The notes under the pieces are model-generated. The model was not told the origin of the DNA. It saw nothing but the letters and a program-made list of their open reading frames with translations, and made no database searches. A DNA stretch of 64,000 nt. Source: an uncultured virus (IMG/VR IMGVR_UViG_3300042673_000188). Taxonomy: Duplodnaviria; Heunggongvirae; Uroviricota; Caudoviricetes. The position numbers and the translations under genes are program-made. Location of the stretch: IMG/VR virus record IMGVR_UViG_3300042673_000188. The stretch is one strand, 5' to 3'. Below, in pieces: positions 19,147 to 28,345 of the stretch (its first letter is position 1; every line of letters begins with the position of its first letter).

Positions 19147-20166
19147 ATGTCAACATCATTTACAAAAGTAGAGCGTTACTCAGAGACTAAGCGCTCACCA
19201 ATAGCAATTAAACCATATTTTGATGACAGAATATCAAATATGGGATTAGAGAAATACGGAATGTCTCTCTATGAGGGAGTAAAACATATTGAACAATTAG
19301 CATGTCTAGAATTCAATGGAATTAAAAGATATGTAACAGGGCTTAATGAATTTGCACCAGATGTTAAAAACATTCCTGATCCAGAAGTAAGAGCTGCTGT
19401 AATTAAAGAAATTAGAAATGTGGTTGCAGAAATTGAAAGAGAGCTTGCAGCAAATGTTCTTGATGTAGAGGACAAAGACTTTTGGGCAAAAGTTAAATTG
19501 CTTAGACCTGACAATGATGATTTCTGGTCTAAACTTGAATTAAAGTGTGGTAATGATCCAGTATTTCTTGATCCTAAAGATCCTTATGATCTAGTTAAGA
19601 TGTATGCGATTAATGCAGGTGGCTTTAGCATCGTTGCTAAAAGCTATGAAGATGCAAGATCAAAAATGCCGGTTCCTAAGTTTTACTTGGATAAGCATGT
19701 TGAAACCGTATCTACTAAAACAGAAACTAAGAAGTTACGTAATAAAGCTTTGTCTGAGTTACAAAAACTATTTGATAAGAATACAAACAAACTATGGTAT
19801 ATAGCTAAAGTTGTTGATAGTGCAAGTGCTCAGTACAAGAAGAACACACCAAATGATATTATCTATGACAACATGGATACCTATATTACCGGAGAAGGTT
19901 CTGAGAAAAGTGCTAATCGTGCAGCTCAACAGTTTTTAGATGCATGTAACTTTAGCATGGAGACTTTGAAAATTAAGTCTTTGGTTAAAGATGCAACTTA
20001 CTATAAGTTTATTGTAGCTAAAGCTGATGGATTTATCTACCATAAAGATAAAAATGTGCTACTAGGTCGTAACCAACCAGATGTTGTAGAGTATCTTACT
20101 AATCCTTTAAATGAAGAAATTTTGGTAGATTTAACCAAAAAAGTAGAAAAGTATTGGAATCAATGA
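19147..20166 (+). CDS. conserved crAss-like capsid-module protein (post-MCP)
   Basis: 339 aa directly after MCP, with 'YVTGL', 'DDFWSK' and C-terminal 'LGRN...VEYLTNP.NEEI'. Confidence 0.65.
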   Translation: MSTSFTKVERYSETKRSPIAIKPYFDDRISNMGLEKYGMSLYEGVKHIEQLACLEFNGIKRYVTGLNEFAPDVKNIPDPEVRAAVIKEIRNVVAEIERELAANVLDVEDKDFWAKVKLLRPDNDDFWSKLELKCGNDPVFLDPKDPYDLVKMYAINAGGFSIVAKSYEDARSKMPVPKFYLDKHVETVSTKTETKKLRNKALSELQKLFDKNTNKLWYIAKVVDSASAQYKKNTPNDIIYDNMDTYITGEGSEKSANRAAQQFLDACNFSMETLKIKSLVKDATYYKFIVAKADGFIYHKDKNVLLGRNQPDVVEYLTNPLNEEILVDLTKKVEKYWNQ

Positions 20167-20204
20167 TTATCTTTAATATAACAACTTAATATTTATATAT
20201 CAAA

Positions 20205-20393
20205 ATGAAAACAAAGAATTCAGCATGTGGAGTGTGGGTAAACTTAAACACACCCGTTACAGTAGAGCGTGCACCTAAATCAAGTGGCACATATGTAGGT
20301 TTAAATGCAAAAGCTACTGCACAGAACAGCGCACCTAAAAATGCAAAATCTGGTGGAGTAAATAAACCACAAGCTAAACCTGATAAATACTAA
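20205..20393 (+). CDS. small basic protein
   Basis: 62 aa with an internal repeat (VWVNLN / TYVGLN; RAPK / SAPK) and AKSGG. Confidence 0.6.
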   Translation: MKTKNSACGVWVNLNTPVTVERAPKSSGTYVGLNAKATAQNSAPKNAKSGGVNKPQAKPDKY

Positions 20394-20410
20394 TTCAATC
20401 CCATAATATA

Positions 20411-21298
20411 ATGGCAACAAGTAAAAAACCCAAAGTTCCTAGAAGAACTACAACAACCACTCCTATTGTTGGTGATGGAAGTCCTTATTCTATTAAAGAA
20501 ACTGTTGTTCGAAATAGAAAAGGTGATATTAAAAAATCAGTGATAAAGCGCACTGATGGTCCTTATCTTAAAACAGTTGTTAAAAAAGGTGTATCAAAAG
20601 ACAAAAATACAGCTAAAGGTGTAGCATTTGATGTTGGATATGCTCTAGATGATGCTAGATATGCTGTTGCTGATGCTGCTTCTGCCGTAGGTAGAGGAGT
20701 TAAAAATACAGTTAAAGCCATAGCTGGTAAAGGTCCTGGTGCTGCAGACAGACGTCAAGATCGTCAAGATAGACGTACTACACGTGTTCAGGGCAGATCC
20801 GAAAGAGCTGATATAAGACAAGATAAAGCAGCAACTAAAGCAGCAAACAAAGCAGCTGATAAAGCAGCTCGTCAAGAAGGACGTTGGAATAAAAAAGTTA
20901 GAAAAGAAGAAGTATTAGGTGGTGTTAGAGATGCAAAAGCTAGACGCACTGCTGAAGTATTGCGTGGTGGAAAAAATCCTGAATCTGTTTCAACTACTAC
21001 TAATGTTAACAGCAATAACCAAACAACTAAAGTGCAGGCAAATCCTGCATCAAGAAGTGATGCTGGTGCAACAGGAGGATCTTCTAAGGCTAACTCTAGC
21101 TCTAATGCTGAAGGTGGATCATCTTCATCAAGATCAAATTCTGTTATCTCAACTCGCTTGAAGAAAGCAGGTACTAAAATTGTTGATCTTAGTGAAAAGA
21201 AGCGAGGAGGAAGAGCTGGTAGTAAAATGTCACCTATGTACAACAAAGGAGGCATGTATAACAAAGGTGGTATGTACAAAAAAGGTGGTAAAAAGTAA
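20411..21298 (+). CDS. highly basic low-complexity protein (putative internal DNA-binding)
   Basis: K/R/S/G-rich and ends MYNKGG MYNKGG MYKKGGKK. Confidence 0.7.
   Translation: MATSKKPKVPRRTTTTTPIVGDGSPYSIKETVVRNRKGDIKKSVIKRTDGPYLKTVVKKGVSKDKNTAKGVAFDVGYALDDARYAVADAASAVGRGVKNTVKAIAGKGPGAADRRQDRQDRRTTRVQGRSERADIRQDKAATKAANKAADKAARQEGRWNKKVRKEEVLGGVRDAKARRTAEVLRGGKNPESVSTTTNVNSNNQTTKVQANPASRSDAGATGGSSKANSSSNAEGGSSSSRSNSVISTRLKKAGTKIVDLSEKKRGGRAGSKMSPMYNKGGMYNKGGMYKKGGKK
21236..21289 (+). repeat. 18-bp tandem repeat x3 encoding MY(N/K)KGG
   Basis: atgtacaacaaaggaggc atgtataacaaaggtggt atgtacaaaaaaggtggt. Confidence 0.9.
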
Positions 21299-21300
21299 TA

Positions 21301-21435
21301 ATGAGCAAGATTGTAAATACTGCTGAAAAGAAATCATTAATTGGATATGCTAATTCAAAGCCTACCTTTAAAAGAGGTGGTGCTTTGAGTTCTGTGTATC
21401 CCACAAAAATGACTAGCTGTGGCTGCAAAAAGTAA
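21301..21435 (+). CDS. small basic protein (44 aa); not in ORF track
   Basis: MSKIVNTAEKKSLIGYANSKPTFKRGGALSSVYPTKMTSCGCKK*, starting 2 nt after the previous stop. Confidence 0.6.
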   Translation: MSKIVNTAEKKSLIGYANSKPTFKRGGALSSVYPTKMTSCGCKK

Positions 21436-21826
21436 ACAAATGCTTAAGCGCAAAGATGGAAGTACATCTCAAAGAGGACTTTGGGATAACATTCGCGCTA
21501 ACAAAGGTTCTGGAAAGAAACCTACTGCGCAAATGCTTAAGCAAGAGAAAAAGATTAAAGCTAAATCTGTTAAGAAATACGAGGAAGGTGGTATTTTTAA
21601 ACAAAATGATCCTAAGGCTACCTTTTCTGAAAACGTTAAGAAAAATTTCTTGACTAACAGAAGTGCCAATTTGGAAAATAGAGCAAGAAGTGCATATGAA
21701 AATAATAACTTTAACTTGGGGAATAGAATAGCTACTAAGGCCGGTCGTGCAGGAGACAAACTTTCAATATTAAATGCACAAATACAGCATCGTAAAGCGG
21801 GGGGAACTGTTAAAAAAAAGAAATAA
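21419..21826 (+). CDS. small basic protein
   Basis: 'RGLWDNIRANKGSGKKPT'; contains YEEGG and RKAGG. The start may be GTG 21419 or ATG 21440. Confidence 0.7.
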   Translation: MAAKSKQMLKRKDGSTSQRGLWDNIRANKGSGKKPTAQMLKQEKKIKAKSVKKYEEGGIFKQNDPKATFSENVKKNFLTNRSANLENRARSAYENNNFNLGNRIATKAGRAGDKLSILNAQIQHRKAGGTVKKKK

Positions 21827-22080
21827 TGGCAAAGTCACCAGCATGGCAAAGAAAAGAGGGTAAGGCACCAAGTGGTGGTCTTAATGCTAAAGGACGTGCT
21901 TCTTATAACAAAGCCAATCCTGGCAAACCCGGATTGAAGGCACCGCAACCAGAGGGCGGAGCTAGAAAGAAAAGCTTTTGTGCTAGAATGTCTGGTATGA
22001 AAAAGAAACTTACAAGCTCTAAGACAGCTAATGATCCTGATAGCAGAATCAATAAGTCACTTAGAAAGTGGAAATGTTAA
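21826..22080 (+). CDS. widespread small basic phage protein
   Basis: 'AWQRKEGK..GGLNAKGRASY...RKKSFCARM...DPDSRINKSLRKWKC', a family commonly seen near phage head genes. Confidence 0.75.
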   Translation: MAKSPAWQRKEGKAPSGGLNAKGRASYNKANPGKPGLKAPQPEGGARKKSFCARMSGMKKKLTSSKTANDPDSRINKSLRKWKC

Positions 22081-22088
22081 AAGTATAG

Positions 22089-22262
22089 ATGATGAAAAAG
22101 AGTAATTCGGCACATCCTGGTTTTAAATCAGTGCAATCTAAGATTGCTGCTAAACAAGGCATTTCTAAAAAAGCTGCTGGAGCTATCTTAGCTACTAGCA
22201 CACGCAAGGCTTCTGCTAAAGCAAAAGCTAAAAACCCAAGATTAAAAAGAGTTAAAGGATAA
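22089..22262 (+). CDS. small K/A-rich histone-like protein (57 aa); not in ORF track
   Basis: MMKKSNSAHPGFKSVQSKIAAKQGISKKAAGAILATSTRKASAKAKAKNPRLKRVKG*, TAATG-coupled to the next gene. Confidence 0.7.
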   Translation: MMKKSNSAHPGFKSVQSKIAAKQGISKKAAGAILATSTRKASAKAKAKNPRLKRVKG

Positions 22263-22966
22263 TGAACAACTCAACCCTGCAAATTAAAATAAAACAAAGG
22301 CTTAACAAGCTTGCTAGTAATGACTATGATAACATAGAGTGCTGGCAGATTGTTGAGGCTTTTAATAAAGCACAGATCCAATGGGTCCGTCGACAACTTG
22401 CAGGTATTAATATCCAAAAGCAAGGTGATGAGCAATCAAAAAGGAAAATTGATGATCTTCAACCCTTGCTAACAACAACAGCTCTCTCAACTGTTAACAT
22501 GCCTGATTATGTAATGTCAGAATCATTACCTCCAGACTACATGGAGTTTAAGAGAATTGATGCTTATGCCTCTAGTGACTGTTGCCCTAATCCAAGGCGC
22601 ATGATTGTTTATTTAGCTGAGGAGGCTAATGCAGCAATTCTGCTACGTGATACCAACAAGAAGCCTAGTTTTGAATGGGCAGAAACATTTTGTACCTTAG
22701 CCGGTAACAAGATTAAAGTATATACAGAATCAGATTTTACTATAGATACAGTTAACCTTATCTACTATAGAAATCCAGTTGAGATACAAATTTTAGGCTG
22801 TGTTAATCCATACACAGGTTTTGTAGTTACATCAGATGTTCCTTGTGAATTTAAAGATGATGTCGCTGAAACTATTGTTGATGACGCTGTGCAAGTTTTA
22901 GCAGGTGATATAGAGTCAATTACTCAATATCAAATTGCTCAAAGCTCTAGTGAAGAAAACTCATAA
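22262..22966 (+). CDS. head-tail ring / connector-like structural protein
   Basis: 'FNKAQ...EQSKRKIDDL..L', 'LPPDYM', 'YYRNP', 'CEF..VAETIVDDAV' resemble crAss ring/gp4-like proteins. Confidence 0.65.
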   Translation: MNNSTLQIKIKQRLNKLASNDYDNIECWQIVEAFNKAQIQWVRRQLAGINIQKQGDEQSKRKIDDLQPLLTTTALSTVNMPDYVMSESLPPDYMEFKRIDAYASSDCCPNPRRMIVYLAEEANAAILLRDTNKKPSFEWAETFCTLAGNKIKVYTESDFTIDTVNLIYYRNPVEIQILGCVNPYTGFVVTSDVPCEFKDDVAETIVDDAVQVLAGDIESITQYQIAQSSSEENS

Positions 22967-22977
22967 TACATGCAATA

Positions 22978-23568
22978 ATGGCCGAACAACCAAGAAATTT
23001 ACTAAAGAGAGAAGTCGTAGGTACAACAGCACCACAAGCAACTTTAAAGAAAGCAATACCTACTAAAGGTAAGAACATACTATTGTCAGATGACTGCGTA
23101 GAGTATTTAAACTATCGCGTACAACAAGAAGAATACTCAGGTAGAATCTACTTGGCTATGTCTATGTGGTTAGATAATAACGGTTATGTTAATGCTGCTA
23201 AAATTTGGCGTAAGTACTCTAATGAGGAAATGGCTCATTCAGATTTAGCAAGAACTTACTTGTTATCTATGGGCGTACAGCCAATGACTCCTAAGTTAGA
23301 TGCACCAAATCAAACTTTTTCAGGATTGCCTGAAATTATTGAAATGTCTTATGACCATGAAATTACCATAACTAAGCAGATTAAAGATTTAGCAAATGAT
23401 GCTATGAAGAAAGCAGATCATATGTTATATGAGTTTGCATTAGCGTATCTAAAAGAGCAGGTAGAAGAGCATAACAAGATGCAAAACTGGGTAGACCAGC
23501 TCAATGCTTTTGGTACAGACAAGACAGCAATGCGCTTACTTGACCATGAGATGAAAGATTATTTGTAA
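22978..23568 (+). CDS. ftn: ferritin (non-heme, FtnA-like)
   Basis: Ferroxidase ligands align with E. coli FtnA: 'QQEEYSGRIYLAMSMW', 'EEMAH', 'HEITIT', 'EQVEEH'. Has a ~33-aa N-terminal extension. Confidence 0.88.
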   Translation: MAEQPRNLLKREVVGTTAPQATLKKAIPTKGKNILLSDDCVEYLNYRVQQEEYSGRIYLAMSMWLDNNGYVNAAKIWRKYSNEEMAHSDLARTYLLSMGVQPMTPKLDAPNQTFSGLPEIIEMSYDHEITITKQIKDLANDAMKKADHMLYEFALAYLKEQVEEHNKMQNWVDQLNAFGTDKTAMRLLDHEMKDYL

Positions 23569-23571
23569 AAA

Positions 23572-23608
23572 TTTGGAGAATATAAAAGTTCTTCTTATAT
23601 TGAATATA
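23572..23608 (+). promoter_or_regulatory. putative late-type promoter
   Basis: TTTG (23572), 20-nt spacer, TATATTGAATAT (23596). Confidence 0.5.
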
Positions 23609-23636
23609 TATTTATAACCCTTAAAAACAAAAAAAC

Positions 23637-25205
23637 ATGTCGTATTTTAATCATGCCTTTCAGAAAACCTTTGTAGGATACAATGGTTTTGTTACTGATC
23701 CAGGATTATCAACAAGTGACTTAACTCTAGGTCAGTTTACTTTTGTTGATCCAAAAACTTGGACTATCCCTACGGATCTTGATCCATCAACTGCTTTAAA
23801 GTGCCCATTGGTACTTGTATCAGGTTCTATTCACCCTAATGACAAAATTGGTCCATTCCACGGTGGATATTCTGAGTCTGTAAAGTCTAAGACTATCAAC
23901 CCTAAGTATGTATCATCTTTCTACAAAGTAGAATCTTGTCCTTCTCAACAAGCTCAAATTGTAGTAGGTGATACAGACTATGAATTTGGTGGTACTTGCA
24001 CTAAAGATTTCCTTTGCGGTGAAACTTACAACTTGCGTGTAGACATCAAAGGTTCTCCAGTATTACGTACATTAACTCGTAATAGTTATTATACTGCCGC
24101 TGGTTACACTGGATGTTGTCCAGCTGATGCAATTGCTCCAGTAGCTGTAAATCCTTTGATTGTATACGTACAGTGGGCTTACCAATTGTTGAACTCTCCA
24201 TTGGTTAATCCATTTATTCAAGTTGCGATTACTTATACAACTAACAGTGGTGGGTCTTGGACTGAGCTTGGAGATGGTACATCTTCTACGACAAACTTAG
24301 ATCTATTATTAGGTTACATTCAGAATCCAGCATCTCTTCCTGTAGTTGACCCTGCTGATGCTACTGACGGTGCTGGTTTGATTATTACAGGAGCTTATGT
24401 TGATACACGTTTCCAAGACTGTACTTTCTACCCTAATGATTCTATCATTGCTTTCTTAGAGCCAGTTAAAATCTATGCTTCTGAAGTAGATCTTAATGGA
24501 GATCCTTGTGCTTTCACAGGTATCTGTGTTAATGATACTTGTACCCCTCAGCAATTAAAAGGAACAGGAGAGAATGTTATTCGTCAGCTTATCTTAACTG
24601 AAGCCTACATGCAACAACCTTTCTATACTGGATCTGACTTGCGTATCCGTGAGATCACTAATGGTACAGACGTGTATGATACAATTAATCGCAATGCTTT
24701 CTATACTAGCTATTATATTCAGCACAATGTTCCCCGCTTTAACAACCCAACTGGTGTATTTGATAATGATCAGTACTTGTTGCAAATTGTTGTAACTGAG
24801 GATAATGTTGTTGCAGGTATTGATTCAACTGCTGCTTCTACAAGTACTGCTGCTGCAGGTGCTATTCCAGCTTATGGTACAATCACTGTAGCTTCTACAG
24901 CAGGTTTGTTACCAGGTATGGTTGTTACTTTAACAGGTGGAACGGGTACTATCGTTGCTAATGCTTACATCTATGAAGTAGTAAGTACTACAGTATTCAC
25001 AATTACTTTAGGTAGTGCAACAGCACCTATAACTGTAGCATTAGATGCAACAAGTGTATTGTCTGCAACTACTAACTACAACGTAGCATTTGAAGGCTTT
25101 GTTGAAGCTTGGTTGAGCAACGCAGGTAGCGGCTGTACTACTTTGACAACATATGCTTGTCCAGAGACTTGCGACCCAATTGATCCTAACGCGGACAACC
25201 GATAA
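23637..25205 (+). CDS. abundant structural protein (auxiliary capsid/decoration-like)
   Basis: MCP-like leader (AACCCTTAAA...AAAAAACATG), biased codons and its own terminator. Has an inserted 'TITVASTAGLLPGMVVT' beta module. Confidence 0.6.
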   Translation: MSYFNHAFQKTFVGYNGFVTDPGLSTSDLTLGQFTFVDPKTWTIPTDLDPSTALKCPLVLVSGSIHPNDKIGPFHGGYSESVKSKTINPKYVSSFYKVESCPSQQAQIVVGDTDYEFGGTCTKDFLCGETYNLRVDIKGSPVLRTLTRNSYYTAAGYTGCCPADAIAPVAVNPLIVYVQWAYQLLNSPLVNPFIQVAITYTTNSGGSWTELGDGTSSTTNLDLLLGYIQNPASLPVVDPADATDGAGLIITGAYVDTRFQDCTFYPNDSIIAFLEPVKIYASEVDLNGDPCAFTGICVNDTCTPQQLKGTGENVIRQLILTEAYMQQPFYTGSDLRIREITNGTDVYDTINRNAFYTSYYIQHNVPRFNNPTGVFDNDQYLLQIVVTEDNVVAGIDSTAASTSTAAAGAIPAYGTITVASTAGLLPGMVVTLTGGTGTIVANAYIYEVVSTTVFTITLGSATAPITVALDATSVLSATTNYNVAFEGFVEAWLSNAGSGCTTLTTYACPETCDPIDPNADNR

Positions 25206-25222
25206 TCTTAACTAAAACTTAT

Positions 25223-25260
25223 AAAAAGGGAGGGAGCAAAAAAAACTCTCTCCCTTTTTT
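25223..25260 (+). terminator. intrinsic terminator
   Basis: AAAAAGGGAGGGAG...CTCTCTCCCTTTTTT. Confidence 0.85.
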
Positions 25261-25292
25261 ATTTTTACACTATATCTTTGTAACTTAGTACT

Positions 25293-25850
25293 ATGGCACA
25301 ACACGCACTCTCAATAGAAATTCCTGATGTTCTTACTAACTGTATCTTTAGAGTTATAGATACTAGTACTTACAATGATACTGTACCTTTGGATTGTCCT
25401 AAGCTTGAGATTACAGCTCCTGGATTTACCACTGCAATTGAATTGCAACCAGGTACAGACTTCTCTGTAAACTATACAGCATGTGAGTTAGGTTTACAAT
25501 TAACTAACTGTGGAACTACACGTAATGCAATTCCTGATGGTGTATATGTTGTTAGATACAGTGTTGCTCCTAATGAGACTGTTTATGTTGAGTATAACCA
25601 CTTACGTATTACTCAGGCATTAAACCAGATAAATGATTTGCTTTGTTGTCTAGATGTTCCTAATTGTGAACCCCTATCACCTCTAGCAAATAAATTAAGA
25701 GAAGTACAACTTCTCTGGACCATGTTACAAGCTGCTAAAGCACGTGTAGAGTATTGTCATAACCCTACAGAAGGTATGGCAATGTACACTTATGTGTTAG
25801 GTAAACTTACTAAGTTAGCTTGTGGATGTGGGTGTGGAACGTGTAAATAA
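25293..25850 (+). CDS. conserved structural protein
   Basis: 'LEITAPGF', 'IPDGVYVVRYSVAP' and a Cys-rich C-terminus CGCGCGTCK. Confidence 0.65.
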   Translation: MAQHALSIEIPDVLTNCIFRVIDTSTYNDTVPLDCPKLEITAPGFTTAIELQPGTDFSVNYTACELGLQLTNCGTTRNAIPDGVYVVRYSVAPNETVYVEYNHLRITQALNQINDLLCCLDVPNCEPLSPLANKLREVQLLWTMLQAAKARVEYCHNPTEGMAMYTYVLGKLTKLACGCGCGTCK

Positions 25851-25867
25851 TTTAAAACCAACATATC

Positions 25868-26002
25868 ATGAAATGCGCAAATTGTGGAACAGCCCTGAGT
25901 TGTGGCTGCCAAAAGAGAACAACTAAAGACGGTAAACAAATGTGTACACATTGTATACACAAACCAAAACCTGTTGCTAAAACTATTGATACACCTAAAT
26001 AA
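25868..26002 (+). CDS. 44-aa Cys-rich, metallothionein/Zn-ribbon-like peptide; not in ORF track
   Basis: MKCANCGTALSCGCQKRTTKDGKQMCTHCIHKPKPVAKTIDTPK*, with leader AAACCAACATATC. Confidence 0.7.
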   Translation: MKCANCGTALSCGCQKRTTKDGKQMCTHCIHKPKPVAKTIDTPK

Positions 26003-26010
26003 ATTAAGAT

Positions 26011-28308
26011 ATGCCCATTATAGGTAAAACATATTATTGTGGTGATGAGGGAAAACTAAAAGTCTATGATCATGCTACAAGCATATGGACCGATAAATCT
26101 ATTAGTGGTTCACCTGCATTCTATGATGTAAAAGCTGATCCCACTAATCCTAATGAAATTATATTAGGAGGATTAGGCTATCTGTCTAGGTCAGTTGATA
26201 GTGGTACTACTCTTGTAACTTGTACAGGTAACTGGAGCGCATATACACCAACTATTTATCGAATAAGTTATACCAATAATAATAGTATCATCTATACAGC
26301 GGGTATGGGCGGTGTAGCAAAATCTACAGATGGTGGTGTATCATTTAATCGCTTAAATAGTTTTACTGCAGTAATTGGCCTTCAATGCCTTGCTATTCAT
26401 TTTATAAATGATTTAGTTGGTATTGCATCTCAAGAATCTAAATTATATAAGACAATTGATGGCGGTGTGTCATGGTTACCGTTATATACCGGTAATGTTA
26501 TAGACTCTGCTTTTCCTAATGACTATATAACAAGTCTGCATTTATCAGCAGATGCATCTACTATTATAGTAACTACAAAAAGAAAAATATTTAGATCAAC
26601 AGATGGTGGATTAGGTTTTACTATGGTCCAGTACTTTGGTACAACCGTTGCTGCTATGGGCAAATCACCTAAGTATACTAATCTAGCTTGGTCAAGTGAT
26701 AATATTTTAATTGCTTCTGCAGGTAATGGTAATGTATTGTATTCTTACAATGCAGGTGCTAGTTGGATAAATACAGTAGGTATGATACCCCCTACAACAA
26801 TTGACTCTAAATCAGGATCAACCCTTTTTCAAGGATTTACTACAAGTGGTGCCCCAGTTGGATTTTTTAACAGTGACGCTGATGAAACCATCTATAGATT
26901 AGAACAAGTTAATTTAACTACATTTACGGCATCTGTATCTGACACATACCAGAAGTCAGTACTTGCAATGACAAGTTCTGTAGCTGATGTAACTTGTTAT
27001 GTATTAACACCCTGTGGTCAAACAGGTGATATTTTAATTGCATCTAATACTGAATTCTCATCTTACCTTGACGGTTTTGTTAATATTGATGGTTCTTGTT
27101 TTTATGTAACAGAATCAGAGGATTGTAGTAATACAATACATGTGGTATATTCTAATATTATCTCGGTTGCAAACTGCGCAGCATGTGATCCACCTCCGAC
27201 TATTTATGCTATAAGGGACTGTATAGCACTAGAGCAAACACAATACACAACGGTAGCTTTAACACCAGGTATATCAGGATACGTAGGCCAAGTTCTTTAT
27301 ATTGCAGGTTATCCGAATACTTGTTGGTTAGTAGTAGAACAATCAGGTGATTCACCTCAAGCAATAACAATACTAAATAATTTTGGAACTTGTCCAGATT
27401 GTGCAAGTCAATTACCTGGCCCACCTCCTGTTTATGAGTTGACTAATTGTTTAGATCCTTTAGATATTCTTTATACTTATAATTCTCAGTTTGCAGAACC
27501 TGCAGAACTTGAGCAGGTTGTTAAAATAACACAAGATACAGATCCAAGAAGTTGTTGGAAAGTAGCAGAAATTCCTTTTGATGATCAAGCAATTAGTAAT
27601 CTTACTATATACGTAGATGAGGAAGGAGTTCTTCAAATATTTAAAGACTGTGAGTGCTGTCTTCCAGCACCAGATCCAGCTCCTATAAAGTATACAAGAG
27701 TTATTCCTAAGCCTGATAGAAAGTTTTATCAGATCCAGCAGAGTCAGTGTGATATAACGGCTAACATAAGATTTGCAGATGGTTACTACAGACTGTTTAA
27801 AGAGTTAAAGTATGGTATAAGTAATCAATGCGATGGTATTAACCTAGAAAGATTATGGATTAAAAAGAATTTATCAGACTTAGCTGTTATCAATGATCCT
27901 ACAGCCTGTATAATAACAACACCTGTTGTTCCAGTTATTTGTCCAGAACCTTCAGGTAATCCTTTTATACCACCACCTCCACCTATAACTTATACATTTA
28001 CAGTAGGAGCGTATGGAGTTGATCCAGGTACTTTTGGTTGCACACAGTGTCTTGATGGGAGTGCCCCTAGCGGAGGTGCTAATCTTTGTCCTCAATTTAA
28101 TCTGGTACTTGATTATAATATTTTAGATAGCCTGGATCCTTTTTCTGCATACGTATTTAATTATAATGGTAATTGTTTATGGGCAATTGGATTTACAATA
28201 GTTGCTGGTTCCGATCCTACTTTTCAAACATATACTATGACCTCAGCAAATATTACAAGTATAGTTTTAGAAGATGGTGTTTTGCCATGCTTATTATGCG
28301 GAGGATAA
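26011..28308 (+). CDS. beta-propeller (BNR/Asp-box) plus Cys-repeat structural protein
   Basis: Repeated S/TxDGGxS/T(F/W) boxes (RSVDSG, KSTDGG, KTIDGG, RSTDGG, YSYNAG) followed by three Cys-rich repeats. Confidence 0.75.
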   Translation: MPIIGKTYYCGDEGKLKVYDHATSIWTDKSISGSPAFYDVKADPTNPNEIILGGLGYLSRSVDSGTTLVTCTGNWSAYTPTIYRISYTNNNSIIYTAGMGGVAKSTDGGVSFNRLNSFTAVIGLQCLAIHFINDLVGIASQESKLYKTIDGGVSWLPLYTGNVIDSAFPNDYITSLHLSADASTIIVTTKRKIFRSTDGGLGFTMVQYFGTTVAAMGKSPKYTNLAWSSDNILIASAGNGNVLYSYNAGASWINTVGMIPPTTIDSKSGSTLFQGFTTSGAPVGFFNSDADETIYRLEQVNLTTFTASVSDTYQKSVLAMTSSVADVTCYVLTPCGQTGDILIASNTEFSSYLDGFVNIDGSCFYVTESEDCSNTIHVVYSNIISVANCAACDPPPTIYAIRDCIALEQTQYTTVALTPGISGYVGQVLYIAGYPNTCWLVVEQSGDSPQAITILNNFGTCPDCASQLPGPPPVYELTNCLDPLDILYTYNSQFAEPAELEQVVKITQDTDPRSCWKVAEIPFDDQAISNLTIYVDEEGVLQIFKDCECCLPAPDPAPIKYTRVIPKPDRKFYQIQQSQCDITANIRFADGYYRLFKELKYGISNQCDGINLERLWIKKNLSDLAVINDPTACIITTPVVPVICPEPSGNPFIPPPPPITYTFTVGAYGVDPGTFGCTQCLDGSAPSGGANLCPQFNLVLDYNILDSLDPFSAYVFNYNGNCLWAIGFTIVAGSDPTFQTYTMTSANITSIVLEDGVLPCLLCGG

Positions 28309-28310
28309 AT

Positions 28311-28345
28311 TTTGATAATAGATAAAAAAACAGTAAATTATATAT
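28311..28345 (+). promoter_or_regulatory. putative late-type promoter
   Basis: TTTG (28311), 19-nt spacer, TAAATTATATAT (28334). Confidence 0.45.

Noticed and set aside
20645..21279. Minus-strand ORFs (76 and 135 aa) over the basic protein gene
   Set aside because: These are antisense shadows of low-complexity plus-strand coding sequence.
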